A stretch of 62,641 nucleotides of DNA, counting the filler, from Chiloscyllium plagiosum (lineage: Eukaryota), in NCBI RefSeq assembly GCF_004010195.1. It is 4 parts of one record of this genome, joined end to end, with 100 filler letters (N's around TTAATTAATTAA, not from the genome) between each part and the next. Parts side by side here need not be neighbours in the genome. Positions count along the whole stretch, not along the records: positions 38,038 to 55,914 come from NC_057713.1; positions 56,015 to 62,641 come from NC_057713.1; 2 more parts are not named here. One strand, given 5' to 3'. The notes under the pieces were generated by a model, which saw only the letters and a program-made list of their open reading frames with translations, was not told the origin of the DNA and ran no database searches. Position numbers and translations under genes: made by a program. Each line of letters starts with the position of its first letter. The first letter of the stretch is position 1. This document shows positions 49,976-62,641 of this stretch, piece by piece.

Positions 49976-50827
49976 TCCCATCACCAATTGCTCGAACGAA
50001 GTCGGTAAAGGGGCAATGATGGATCATTTCTTTTCGCCGACCAAAGGATTTTGCTGTATTTTTGATGTGCAATGTGCAATCTCCCACACACCCAACCCAA
50101 AGAAGCACAGGCAATGAAGATATTGTTCGTTTGCTGGTCTCTCCTACATAAGAACACGTCAAACAATAGATTGTCACTGTGCAGACTTGCCCTAACTACA
50201 GAAAGGAAGTATGTTTTTGACTGGACTTCCCTCCCATTGCTCTAGTAAGGCAAATCTTATTGCAGTTTATTGATTTCAAAGTGGTAACGATTACTTTTTA
50301 ATTTCTGTCTGAAGCGAATCATGATAGGAACAATGAATTTGCTCATCAAAACACATGGATTAATGAGCCAGAGACAGAATGAATACGATATTGGGTATGA
50401 AACAGAAAGGAATGGGGTCAGTAGCTACGGAGACAGGAGGAATATTCAGAAATAACCTCAATTACCAATAGTTGATATTCACTGTGATGGACAAAATGAA
50501 ATATAATGCACAGCAAGGAAACATTTTAATTTTATTTACACTTTAATTACAGGGTATACAGCTCGATAAGAAGGTTCGTTTCTGGACAGGATATTCAAAT
50601 TCAAAATTACACACAGCTACCTTCATGTGTAGGAATGCATGGACATTACGATATAATAACGGCAGAAATGTAAGTAATTCCATGCTGGTGCAGAGATGAT
50701 GAACGAAGTGGTCGTCATCATTGCTGTGATTTTTTCTATAGTATGGATTAATACTTTTCAGAGACAGAAAAGATTAACCTGTTCAGTGAAGGACAGAATG
50801 TGTCATCATCAATATACTATTCACGAA

Positions 50828-50990
50828 GTGATTCGGAGATGCCGGTGTTGGACTGGGGTGTACAACATTAAAAATCACACAACACCAGGTTATAGTCCAA
50901 CAGGTTTAATTGGAAGCACACTAGCTTTTAGAAAGCTAATGTGCTTCCAATTAAACCTGTTGGACTATAACCTGATGTTGTGTGATTTTT
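50828..50990. mobile_element. Palindromic PLE-type terminal-repeat mini-element, family B
   Basis: TSD tactattcacgaa at 50815-50827 and 50991-51003. The centre of symmetry ctagctttt-a-gaaagcta coincides with the hammerhead GAAAGCUA box. Confidence 0.85.
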
Positions 50991-52055
50991 TACTATTCAC
51001 GAAATGTTGTTTCATGGAACGTACCTGCCTCTAAAATACATTTTCAAACAAAATCGGTTTCATAAAATTTACACACTTAAGGAGATATTGCCAAATGATT
51101 TGTTTTTGGAACTTGAAGAAGAAACAGATTCCATTACAAGTACACAACAGCTCTAATGGGAACACGAATACACAATATTGTGCAATTTTAAGCAAATTCA
51201 ACATCGAAACGTGCCAAGACAAGGAAAATGTTGAGGACAATGGAAATTTGAAATGAAAACAGAAAATGTCAGAGAAACACAGTGGATGAGCGTAAACCTG
51301 GAAACAAATTTAGCGTTAATGTACAGTCTTATTGTTAATATGTTCTGAAAAGATTATATTGGACTTAAAAAGTTAATATTCTTCGTCTCTGCTCAGAACC
51401 TACCAGACGAGTAGAGTTTCTCTCCAGCATTTTGCATTTCAATAGTTAGAAGAAATGAAAGGAGATTCTCTGGTCCCGAGCAGGAGTCCCCGGATGTATG
51501 CTGCATCCCATGTGCCAGGGTCTGGGATGTTTCTGATGGACTCTGCAAGATTCTGNNNNNNNNNNNNNNNNNNNNNNNNNNNNNNNNNNNNNNNNNNNNN
51601 NNNNNNNNNNNNNNNNNNNNNNNNNNNNNNNNNNNNNNNNNNNNNNNNNNNNNNNNNNNNNNNNNNNNNNNNNNNNNNNNNNNNNNNNNNNNNNNNNNNN
51701 NNNNNNNNNNNNNNNNNNNNNNNNNNNNNNNNNNNNNNNNNNNNNNNNNNNNNNNNNNNNNNNNNNNNNNNNNNNNNNNNNNNNNNNNNNNNNNNNNNNN
51801 NNNNNNNNNNNNNNNNNNNNNNNNNNNNNNNNNNNNNNNNNNNNNNNNNNNNNNNNNNNNNNNNNNNNNNNNNNNNNNNNNNNNNNNNNNNNNNNNNNNN
51901 NNNNNNNNNNNNNNNNNNNNNNNNNNNNNNNNNNNNNNNNNNNNNNNNNNNNNNNNNNNNNNNNNNNNNNNNNNNNNNNNNNNNNNNNNNNNNNNNNNNN
52001 NNNNNNNNNNNNNNNNNNNNNNNNNNNNNNNNNNNNNNNNNNNNNNNNNNNNNNN

Positions 52056-52760
52056 ATATCCTTGATCCTGGCACCAGGGAGGCAACACACCATGCTGATT
52101 TTTCACTGCTGGCCACAGAAACGTCTGTCCTTGCCACTGAGTTCTCTATCATGATCGATTGTTTGGAACCTGACTTACCCCTCATTATAGTAGAGCCTGT
52201 CTCAATATCAGAAATGTGACTGTTCGTGCTACATTCCCCTGAGAGTCCATCACCCCCCCCTACATTTTCAAAAACAGCATACTTCTTTGAGATGGAGACA
52301 GCCACAGGAGATTCCTGCACTACCTGCCTCCTTCTCCTCCCTTTCCTAGCAGTAACCCATCCTACCTGACTGTATCTGGGCTTTTTCTTCCTTTCTATAA
52401 CTGCCATGTATCACGCCCCCTAGCTGCTGTAAATTCCTTGTGGCCTCTAACTGCCGCTCCAACTGATCCACATGATTCACAACCAAACACACTTACATCA
52501 GTAACATGGAAATTTTCCCTAATCTCCCACATCTGACAGGAAGAGCACATCACTCTACTAAAGGCCATCTTTGCACTTTTAGCCATCTACAGATCCAGAA
52601 AATAGTGCAGTCTTTCAGCTCTAAAAACGCTGCTCCAGGCTAACTTAGTACCGATGTTTTATATTTTTTAATTTTAATCAAGAGACAGATCTCAATAAAA
52701 CATTATTAAAAAAAGACAGCAATTACACTTAAAAATCATGCACTTATCTGCTCCTGTGCT
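52056..52760 (-). mobile_element. 5' region of a CR1 LINE (ORF1: zinc-finger start and esterase-like part)
   Basis: The minus ORFs give MAFSRVMCSSCQMWEI, WVTARKG...SPVAVSISKKY and VCCLPGARIKD. Confidence 0.75.
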
Positions 52761-52893
52761 GTGAGCTCTCCCACACAGATTCCTTCTTGAAACATTAGCT
52801 GTTTTTTTTCTGTCCACAGAGGTTTCCAGACTTACTGAGTTTCTCCAGCATTCTCTGTTTGTGATAAATTTCACAAGTCAAGAAGCACAGAGA

Positions 52894-55800
52894 GGGGGAT
52901 CCAAGATGGCAGCGACCCAGCAAGTCTGAGTCTATAGTGCTCCTCCCAAGACTTGGGTACAGTGGGTCACCCACCCCCTACCACGCTCACCAAATCATTT
53001 ATAATAGTTGTGTAATTTAATTAGTTGTGTAATATTACATTTGGGACTTACCTACAGTGACAAGCCTTGCAGAAATGATTTCCAAGCTGGATTCGAAGAT
53101 CGATGTCTTTATTGCAGAATCCAGAAATCGTTGGGACTCGCTCTCGGCCACGCTGCAGAAGCACGACCGAGAAATCAAAGAAATCGAGCACCGAGTCGGA
53201 GGGGCGGAGTAAAAGGCCGCGATCTCCGAAACTACCGCTCAATCGGCCGTGGATCAGGTCCGGACTCTCGAGCAGCGAGTTCGGACCTTGGAAAATCATA
53301 TTGACGACCTCGATAATCGAGGTCGTCGAAAAAATATTCGTTTGCTGGGCCTTCCCGAACGGGAAGAGGAAGGCCAGCTTACAGCGTTCCTGGAGCAGTG
53401 GCTGCCACAGCTTTTAGATCTGCAAGCTGGATCAGGCCAGGTAAGGATGGAATGGGCCTACCGGTCGCAATACGGGGGCCCGGCTCGAACCAGCGTCCAC
53501 GCCCGGTCCTGTTCCGGCTGCAGAGCTACAAGGAGGCAGATACTCCTAGAAGCCTCTAGAAATCTCGGAAAAGACCCCCAAGCTATGATCTATAAAGGAT
53601 CCAAGATCATGCTATTTCAGGACTTTTCCCCGGCTCTGGTTCGAAAGAGGAAGGCATTCGACGAGGCGAAGAAGCGTTTAAGGGACTTAAATTTCCGTAC
53701 TCCTTACGCTACCCAGCGACGTTACGCTTTAACCATGAAGGATCCGTATATAACTTTGGATCACCAGAAAAGGCTAAGGAATTCTTTGACTCTCTTAGAT
53801 AAACTGTAAGACATAATGGATGTTGGTTTGCCTTACCCCCCGCTTTGGTTTATATCCCCCCTTTTTTTTCTCTTACCTTACTGTTTAATATTATCATGGG
53901 GGTTGGGGAGAGGGATTTGATTTTCTACCCCCCTTGGGGTTGTTTTCTGTTATTATTTTATGTATATATGAGGGATGTATGTATATGTGTGTATATATAT
54001 ACTGGGGNNNNNNNNNNNNNNNNNNNNNNNNNNNNNNNNNNNNNNNNNNNNNNNNNNNNNNNNNNNNNNNNNNNNNNNNNNNNNNNNNNNNNNNGTTGAG
54101 GTGGTAATTTTATAGTTATATGTTTATATATGGTATTAACATTACCAAATATACCCAGGTGTTGGTAGGGGTGGGGGTGGGGTGCTCACTGTTAACTCTA
54201 GCTTTGTATTATATTTGAATTCTCCTCATTTTATTGAGGAGTGCCTAGGTCAAGGGTGGGGCTTTGGTTGGGAGAGGATATGATGGACTTTTGGAGAGGA
54301 AGTGACACCCCCTGGGAACAAGGGGGAAAATCTCCACTTAAGATACGTTTTATATTTTTTTTATTTAGAAATAGTTTTTTTATTGTATTGTTGTGGGTGT
54401 ATTAAAGAGGTTTTATTTTTGTAAATTTTATATGCTCTATGCTCGGGATGTTCTGGATAGGGTTCCCCCTCCCGAGGGGTCTCGGATTGGCACAGAGGAT
54501 TATGGTTGATCAGTCGGTTAAGTGGTGCACCTGGAATGTCAAGGGGAGTAATTCGCCAGTCAAAAGGAAGAAAATATTATCAAATCTTAAGAAGGAAAGA
54601 GTTGATATAGCTCTCCTACAGGAGACACACCTGTCGGATAAAGAACACTTGAAATTACAATAGGGCGGATTTGATCAGGCCTTTTTTGCTTTTTTTAGCT
54701 CAAAAAGCAGGGGAGTTGTTATTCTTGTTCGGAAGAATTTCCCTTTCAAAATCCTAAAGCAGATAAAAGACGGATCTGGACGATATATCTTGATTAAAGC
54801 CCTCATAAATGGAGAGGAATATGGGATTTTAAATTTGTACTGCCCCCCGGCACACCCCTTTAAATTTATAACGGAAGCCTTTTCAAAATTGATGGCTTTT
54901 GATGCCCGTCATATAATTATAGGGGGAGACTTTAATTGTATTATGGATCCGGAAATAGATAGGATTCCCAAGAGTACTGCAGGAGTATCTCCCAGATCTA
55001 GACAATTGATGGATCTGAACAAAGAATTAGGATTAGTAGATGTATGGAGATGTCTTCATCCACAGGGCAGAGATTTTTCTTTCTACTCTAATCCACATAA
55101 ATGTCATACCAGAATTGATATGTTTTATGCCCCCTCGATTTTTTTAAATTCCATATCATCCTGTAAAATAGGTAATATAGCAATTTCCGACCACGCTGCT
55201 GTATATATGGAAACTAAGGCGAGGAACAATGGGTCATCCGCTCGGCATTGGCGTATGGACCCCTTCCTAATGAAAGATAGTAAATTTGTAAAGTACTTCT
55301 CTCAAGAATTTAAAACTTTTTTAGAAATTAATTCAGGTACAGCTAGCAACCTGTCAATGATGTGGGAGACCATCAAAGCTTACACGCGAGGCATGATCAT
55401 CTCCTACTCAGCGACCCAGAAGAAATTAAAGGGAGAACAACAGCGCCTGCTCAAAGCTCGCTTAAAAGCAGCTGAAACAGCATACACTGATAGACCCTCT
55501 ATTATTAAATTGCAAAGGATTACAGCTCTTAGGACAGCTCTAAACACTACACTTACTCAAACGGCTAAGAGGGAAATATTATTTGCAAAGCAAAGATTAT
55601 ATGAATATGGCGACAAACCGGGTAGATACTTAGCATTTCTTACAAAGAAAAAAAAGGCCCCTCAGACGATTATGTCTATTAAGGAAAGTACGGGTATTTT
55701 GACTCATGATCACAAAAAGATTAATGCGATCTTTAGAGAATTTTATTCTGAGTTATATAAATCACAGGATTGTGAAGATAGGGCAAAGAGGATGCAGTCA

Positions 55801-55914
55801 TTTTTTAAAAATTCGACTTTTCCAGACCTAACTCCGGAACAAGTATCGGTCCTAAATGCTCCTCTTACACCCCAAGAAATAGTTGATGCAATTAGGCACC
55901 TACAAAATGGTAAG
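52894..55914 (+). mobile_element. L1-clade LINE (5' end, disrupted ORF1, ORF2 endonuclease and linker), truncated at the spacer
   Basis: 5' end gggggatccaagatggc (YY1-like motif). ORF1 pieces DLDNRGRRKNIRLLGLPE and FQDFSPALVRKRKAF. ORF2 from 54502 reads TWNVKG...LLQETH...SRGV...GGDFN...RIDMF...SDH, with one premature TAG at 54661. Confidence 0.92.
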
Positions 55915-56014
55915 NNNNNNNNNNNNNNNNNNNNNNNNNNNNNNNNNNNNNNNNNNNNTTAATTAATTAANNNNNNNNNNNNNNNNNNNNNNNNNNNNNN
56001 NNNNNNNNNNNNNN
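55915..56014. other. Artificial scaffold or concatenation spacer
   Basis: N44-TTAATTAATTAA-N44. Confidence 0.9.
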
Positions 56015-59000
56015 AGTGTCACCCTGACCCCCTCACACTTACTGCGTCACTGTCACCTTGACCCCCTCACACTTACTGCGTCACTTTCACCCTCTCCCCC
56101 TCATAGTTACTGCATCACTGTCACCCTGACCCCCTCACACTTACTGTGTCACTACCACCCTGACACCCTCACACCTACTGCATCAATATCACCCTGATCC
56201 CCTCACACTTACTGGGTCATTCACCATGACTCCCTCACATTTACAGCGTTACTATGACCCTGACCCCTCACACTTACTGTGTCACTATCACCTTGATCCC
56301 TCACACTTACTGCGTCAATGTCACCCTGACCCCCTCACAATTACTGCATCACTATGACCCTGACCCCTCACACTTACTGCATCACTATCACCCTGACCCC
56401 TCACACTTACAGCGTCACTGTCATCCTGACCCCCTCACACTGACTGCGTCACTATCACACTGACCCCCTCACACGTGCAGCTTCACTACGAGCTGGACAC
56501 ACTCACACCTACTGCGCCATTATCAGACTGAGCCCCTCACACTTACTGCACCACTACCATCCTCTGCCCCTCACACTTACTGCATCACTCTCTCTCAGGC
56601 ACAATCACACTTACTGCGTCACGACCAGACTCCATCCCTCACACTTACTGCTTCACTGTCACCCTGACCCCCTCACACTTACTGCATCACATTCCCCCTG
56701 ACCCCCTCACACTCACTGCGCCACTATCACACTGACCGCCTTACACTTACAGCTTCACTACGAGCTGGACACACTCACACCTACTGCGTCACTATCAGAC
56801 TGAGCCCCTCACACTTACTGCACCACCGCCAGCCTCTGCACCTCACACTTCCGGCATCACTCTCTCCCTGGCACATCACACTTCCTGCGTCACTACCAGA
56901 CTCCATCCCTCACACTGACTGCGTCACTGTCACCCTGACCCCCTCACACTTACTGCATCACTACCAACCTCTCTCCCTCACAATTACTGCATCAGTGTCA
57001 CCCTGAAACCCAACTCACTTATTGTGTCACTACCAGCCTCTCCCTCTCACACTTACTGCATCACTGACACTCTGACCCCTCACATTTAGTCCCTCACTAT
57101 CACCCTGACCCCTTCACATCTACTGCATCACTGTCACACTGACCCCTCACTTTTAGTCTGTCAGTATCACCCTGACCCCTTCACACTTACTGCTTCACTG
57201 ACAGGCTGACCCCCTCATACTTACTGCGTCAGTGTCACCCTGACCCCCTCACACTTACTGCGTCACTATCGACTGACCCCTCAGACATACTGAGAAACTG
57301 TCAGTCTGACCTCTCACAGTTACTGTGTCACTGTCATCCTGACACCCACACAATAACTGCGTCACTGTAACCATGACCCCCTCACACTTACTGCATGACT
57401 GTCACTCTGACCCCCTCAGACATACTGCATCATTGTCACCCTAACCCCATCGTACTTACTGTTTCACATCCAGCCTCTCCATCTCACACTTACTGCGTCA
57501 CCGCCACCCTGATCCCTTCACATTTACTGTGTTAATGCCAACCTAACCCCATTGTAGTTACTGTGTCACTACCAGCCTCTCACTCTCACACTTACTGCTT
57601 CACTGTCACTGTGACCCACTCACACATACTGCGTCACTATCACCCTGATACCGTCAAAGTTACTGTGTCACTGTCACCCTGACACCCACACAATAACTGC
57701 GTCACTGTCACCGTGACCCCCTCACACTGCGTCACTGTCACCGTGACACCCTCACACTTATTGTGTCATGATCACCCTGACCCCCTCATAATTACTGCGT
57801 GACTGTCACCCTGACCCTCACACTTACTGCGTCACTGTCACTGTGACACCCTCACACTTATTGCGTCACTGTCATCGTGACACACTCACAGTTACTGTAT
57901 CACTGTCACCCAGACCTCTTCACACTGTCACCCTGAACCCCACAGAATTAATCTGACACTATCAGCTTGATTCCCCTTCACTATCAGCCTGACCCCCTTA
58001 CATTGCTGCGTTACTGTGAGCCAGACCCCCTCACAATAACTGCGTCACTGTCACCGACACCCCCTCACACTTACTGCGTCTCTATCACCCTGATCCCCTC
58101 ACACCTACTGCGTCACTATCACCGACACCCCCTCACACTTACTGCATCACTGTCACCCTGACCCCTCACAATTATTCCGTCAGTATCACCCTGACCCGCT
58201 CACACTTACTGTATCACTGTGAGCCGGACCTCTTCACACTTACTGGGTCACTGTCACCCTGACCCTCTCACACTTACTGCATGACTGTCACGCTGACCCC
58301 CTCACACTTACTGCATCACGACCAGCCTCTCCCCCTCACAATTACTGCATCAGTGTCACCCTGAAACCCAACTCACTTACTGTGTCACTACCAGCCTCTC
58401 CCTCTCACAATTACTGCATCACTGACACTCTGACCCCTCACATTTAGTCTGTCACTCGCACCCTGGCCCCCTCATACTTACTGCATCACTGTCACCCTGA
58501 CCCCTCACATTTAATAGGTCAGTATCACCCTGACCCCCTTACATTACTGCATCGTTTTCACCCTGACCCCTCACATTTAGTCTGTCACTATCACCCTGAC
58601 CCCCTCACACATCCTGCTTCATTGACAAACTGATTCCCTCATACTTACTGCGTCAGTGTCACCCTGACCCCCTCACACTTACTGCATCCCTATGGACTGA
58701 CCCCTCAGACATACTGCTTCACTGTCAGTCTGACCCCTCACAGTTACTGTGTCACTGTTATCCTGACGCCGTCGGATTTACTGCATCACTGTCACCCTGA
58801 CCCCCTTACATTGACTGCGACATATCACCCTTACACCCACACACTAACTGTGTCGCTATCACCCTTACCCCTCACACTTACTGCATCACTATCACCCTGA
58901 CCCCCTCACACTGCTTCACTATTACCCTGACCCCTCACACTTAGTTCATCACTTTCACCCTAACCCCCTCACACTTACTGCGTCATGATCAACCTAACAC

Positions 59001-61850
59001 CATCACAGCATCGCAGTTACTGTGTCACTACCAACCTTTCCCCCTCACACTTACTGCATCACTGTCAGCCTGACCCCTCACATTGACTGCGTCACTATCA
59101 CCCTTACACCTCGACACTTATTGAGTCACTATCAGCCTGACACTCTCACACTTGCTGCATTACTGTCACCCTGACCCCTCACATTTAGCCTGTCACTATC
59201 ACCCTGATGCCCTCACACTTCCGGCTTCACTGACAAACTGACCCTCTCATACTTACTGTGTCACTATAGACTGACCCCTCAGACATACTGCGTCACTGAC
59301 AGTCTGACCCCTCACAGTTACTCTGGCTCTGTCATCCTGACCCCCTCGGACTTCTTGCATCACTGTCATCCGGTCCCCCTCACACTGCTTCACTACCAAC
59401 CTGACCCCCTCACACTTACTGCATCATGATCAACCTAACACCATCACAGCATCGCAGTTACTGTGTCACTACCAACCTTTCCCCCTCACACTTACTGCAT
59501 CACTGTCAGCCTGACCCCTCACACTTAGTGCGTCACTGTCACCCTTCCCCCCTCTGAATTACTGTGTCACTGTCAGTCTGACCCCTCACACTTACTGCAT
59601 CACTATCACCATAATGCCCCCATACTGACTGCGTCACTATTACCCTTACACCCCAACACTTATTGCATCACTATCAGCCTGACCCCCTCACACTTACTGC
59701 GTCAGTGTCATCCTGAAACCCTCATAATTACTGCGTCACTATAGACTGACCCCCACTCACACAGACTGCGCCATGATCAACCTAACACCATCACAGTTAC
59801 TGTGACATTACCAGCCTGACCCCTCACACTTACTGCGTCACTATCAGCCTCACCCCTCACAATTACATCGTCACTATCACCCTGACCCCCTCATAGTTAC
59901 TGTGTCAATGTCACCCTGATCCTGTCACACTTACTGCATCACTATTACCTGACCCCCTCACACTCGCTGTGTCACTGTCACCCTAACACCCCTACACTGT
60001 CTGTGTTCCTATTTGTATGGCCCCCTCACACTTACTGTAACACTGCCAGCCTCTGACTCTCACACTAACTGTGTCACTGTCACCCTGACCCCCTCACTCT
60101 TACTGCATCGTTATAGACTGACCACTCACACTTACTGCGTCACTATCAGACTGACCCCACACACTTACTGCATCACGATCAACATTCCGCCCTTACACTT
60201 AGTGCATCAGTATCAGTCTGATCCTTCACACTTACTGCGTCACTATCACCCTGACCCCCTTACACTTACTGCATCACTGTCACCCTGATCCCCTCACACC
60301 TACTGCGTCACTATCGTCCTGACCCCCTCACACTTACTGCATCCTTATCACCCTGCCCCCCTCACAGTTACTGTGTCACTGTCACCCTGACCCCCTCACC
60401 ATGACTGCATACAATGTCACCCTGTGCCCCTTCACACTGACTGCGTCACTATCACCCTGACCTCCTCACACTGACTCCGTCACTATCACCCTAACACCCC
60501 TCACACTGTCTGTGTTCCTATCAGTCTGACCCCCTCACACTTACTGGATCACTGCCAGCCTCTCTCTCTCACACTATCACCCTGACCCCTGACAATTACC
60601 ATGTCATTATCTCTCTGACCTCCTCACATTTACTGCGTCACTATCGCCCTGACCCCCTCACACTTACGGCATCACTGTCAACCTGACACACTCACACTTA
60701 CTGTGTGACTATAACCCTGACACCCTCACACTTACTGTATCACTATCACCCTGACACCCTCACACTGACTGCGTCACTATCACCCTGAACCCCTCACTGA
60801 CTGCGTCACTGTCACCCCTGACCCCCTCACACTTATTGTGCCACTGTCATCGTGACCCTCTCACACTGACTGTGTCACTATCACCTTGACATCCTCACAA
60901 TTATCACATCACTATCTCTCTGACCCAACAACACTTACTGTGTGACTATCACCCTGACCCCCTCAGACTTACTGCATCACTGTCACCCGATCCCCTCACA
61001 TTGACTGTGACACTATCACACTGACCCCCTCACACTTACTGCATCAGTGTCACTCAAACCCCCTCACACTTACTACGTCACTATCACCCTGACCCCCCTC
61101 ATACTGACTGCGTCACTGTCACCCTGACCCCCTCACACTTCCTGCGTCACTCTCACCCTGAACCCCTCACACTTTCTGAGTCACTATCACTCTGAACCCC
61201 TCACACTTAGTGTGTCACTATGACAAAGACCCCCATACGTTTACTGTGTCATTATCACCCTGACATCCTCACACTGATTGTGTCACTGTCATCCTGATCC
61301 CCTCACACTGACTGCGTCACTATCACCCTGCCCCCCTCACACTGACTGCGTCACTATCACCCTGATACCCACACGCTTACTGTGTCACTATTACCCTGAC
61401 ACCTCACATTTACTGCGTCACTTTGATCCTTATCCCCTCACACTTCCTGCGTCACTGTCATCCTGACCCTTCAGACTTGCTGCGTCACTATTAGCCTGAC
61501 ACCCTCACACTTACAGCGTCACTATCTCTCTGACCTACTCACACTTACTGAGTCACTATCACCCTGAACCCCTCACACTTACTGTGTCACTATGACAAAG
61601 ACCCCCATACGCTTACTGTGTCACTATCACACTGACTGTGTCACTGTCACCCAGACCCCCTCACACTGACTGCATCACTATCACCCTTGCCCCCACACAC
61701 TTACTGTGTCACTGTCCCCTGACATGTCACACTTACTGCATCACTATCACCTGACCCCTCACACTTACTGCGTCATGATCAGCCTGACTACCTCACACTT
61801 ACCGCATCACTATCATCCTGACTCCGTCGCAAATACCGCATCTCCATTAC
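56015..61850. repeat. Minisatellite array with a unit of about 34 bp
   Basis: Consensus cactgtcaccctgaccccctcacacttactgcgt repeated over about 5.8 kb, with divergence. Confidence 0.95.
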
Positions 61851-61889
61851 TTTGTCACATTCAGTATTTCTGCGTCACTGCATCACTCG

Positions 61890-62195
61890 TCAGTAGCCAG
61901 AGACTTTTCCCCAGGACTGGATTGACGGTAACAAGGGGTCATAGATTTATGGTAGTCGGGAAAGGTATAGAGGTGACGTCAGAGGTAGGTTCTTTATATA
62001 GAGAGTTGTGAATGTATGGAATGCGTTGCCAGTGGTGGTGGTGGTAGGCGCAGAGTCATCAGGGACATTTAAGCGAATGCTGGACAGGCACTTTGAGAGG
62101 AGTTTGGGTCAAGTTACTATATGCTATATTAAGATTAAATTCGGCACCACATCATGGGCTAAGGGCCTGTTCTGTGCTGTAATTTTCTATGTGTT
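61890..62195 (+). mobile_element. CR1 LINE 3' fragment inserted in the minisatellite
   Basis: TRGHRF..., RVVNVWNALP and GTFKRMLDRH, with a tail gggctaagggcctgttctgtgctgtaattttctatg. Confidence 0.8.
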
Positions 62196-62199
62196 ATGT

Positions 62200-62641
62200 C
62201 ACTATCACACTCACCCATCACACTTACTCAATCACGATCACCCTGACACACATACACATGCTGCGTGACTGTCACCCTGACCCCCTCACACTCACTCCAT
62301 CACCATCACACTAATCCCTCACCCACACTCCACCTCCGTCACCCTGACCCACTCACACCATCACCGTCACCCTGACCCCCTTACATTCACTCCATGACCG
62401 GCACACTGACTCCGTCAAACTCACACCATCACCATCACCATGACCCTCTCACACTCATTCCATGACTGTCATATTGATCCATCACTGTCATCCTGAACCC
62501 CACATTCTCACTCCATCACCGTCACACTGACCCTCTCACATTCACTTCATCACCAACACCCTGACCCTCTCACACTCACTCCATCACGGTCACACAGATC
62601 CCCTCACACTCACTCCACCACTGCCACCCTGACCCCCTCAC
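62200..62641. repeat. Variant minisatellite of about 34 bp
   Basis: The unit is roughly cactccatcaccgtcaccctgaccctctcacact, related to the upstream array. It runs off the window end. Confidence 0.85.

Noticed and set aside
56254..62011. His/Thr/Pro-rich repetitive ORFs
   Set aside because: They are translations of the 34-bp minisatellite, whose unit length is not a multiple of three.

Overview
Eukaryotic (vertebrate) genomic DNA, most likely from a shark or other elasmobranch, inferred from HE1-type SINEs, CR1/HER1-type LINEs and a GPR139-like receptor family member. Three identical 100-nt spacers (N44-TTAATTAATTAA-N44 at 17734-17833, 37938-38037 and 55915-56014) look artificial, so the window is probably four joined pieces whose adjacency is unproven. 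The only clearly intact host coding sequence is the large first coding exon of DLGAP1 (ATG 13895, splice donor after 14851). There is also a frameshifted GPR139-like GPCR pseudogene (about 39240-39904, minus strand) and possibly a decayed cadherin-like exon. The rest is transposon-derived: many CR1 LINE pieces, HE1-like SINEs, Penelope-like elements (PLE; RT and GIY-YIG remnants), a Gmr1-like LTR element end, a retrovirus-like LTR element with a tRNA-Trp primer site, an L1-clade LINE, a nested DNA-transposon MITE and a 34-bp minisatellite array. Two patterns are most notable. (1) Seven 160-275 bp palindromic elements from three PLE terminal-repeat families, six with 13-16 bp target-site duplications, fold back at or near a minimal hammerhead-ribozyme motif. 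(2) An array of six near-identical 29-nt stem-loop units with variable linkers lies in the predicted packaging region of the retrovirus-like element. Coordinates of decayed repeats are approximate, and no database search was run.
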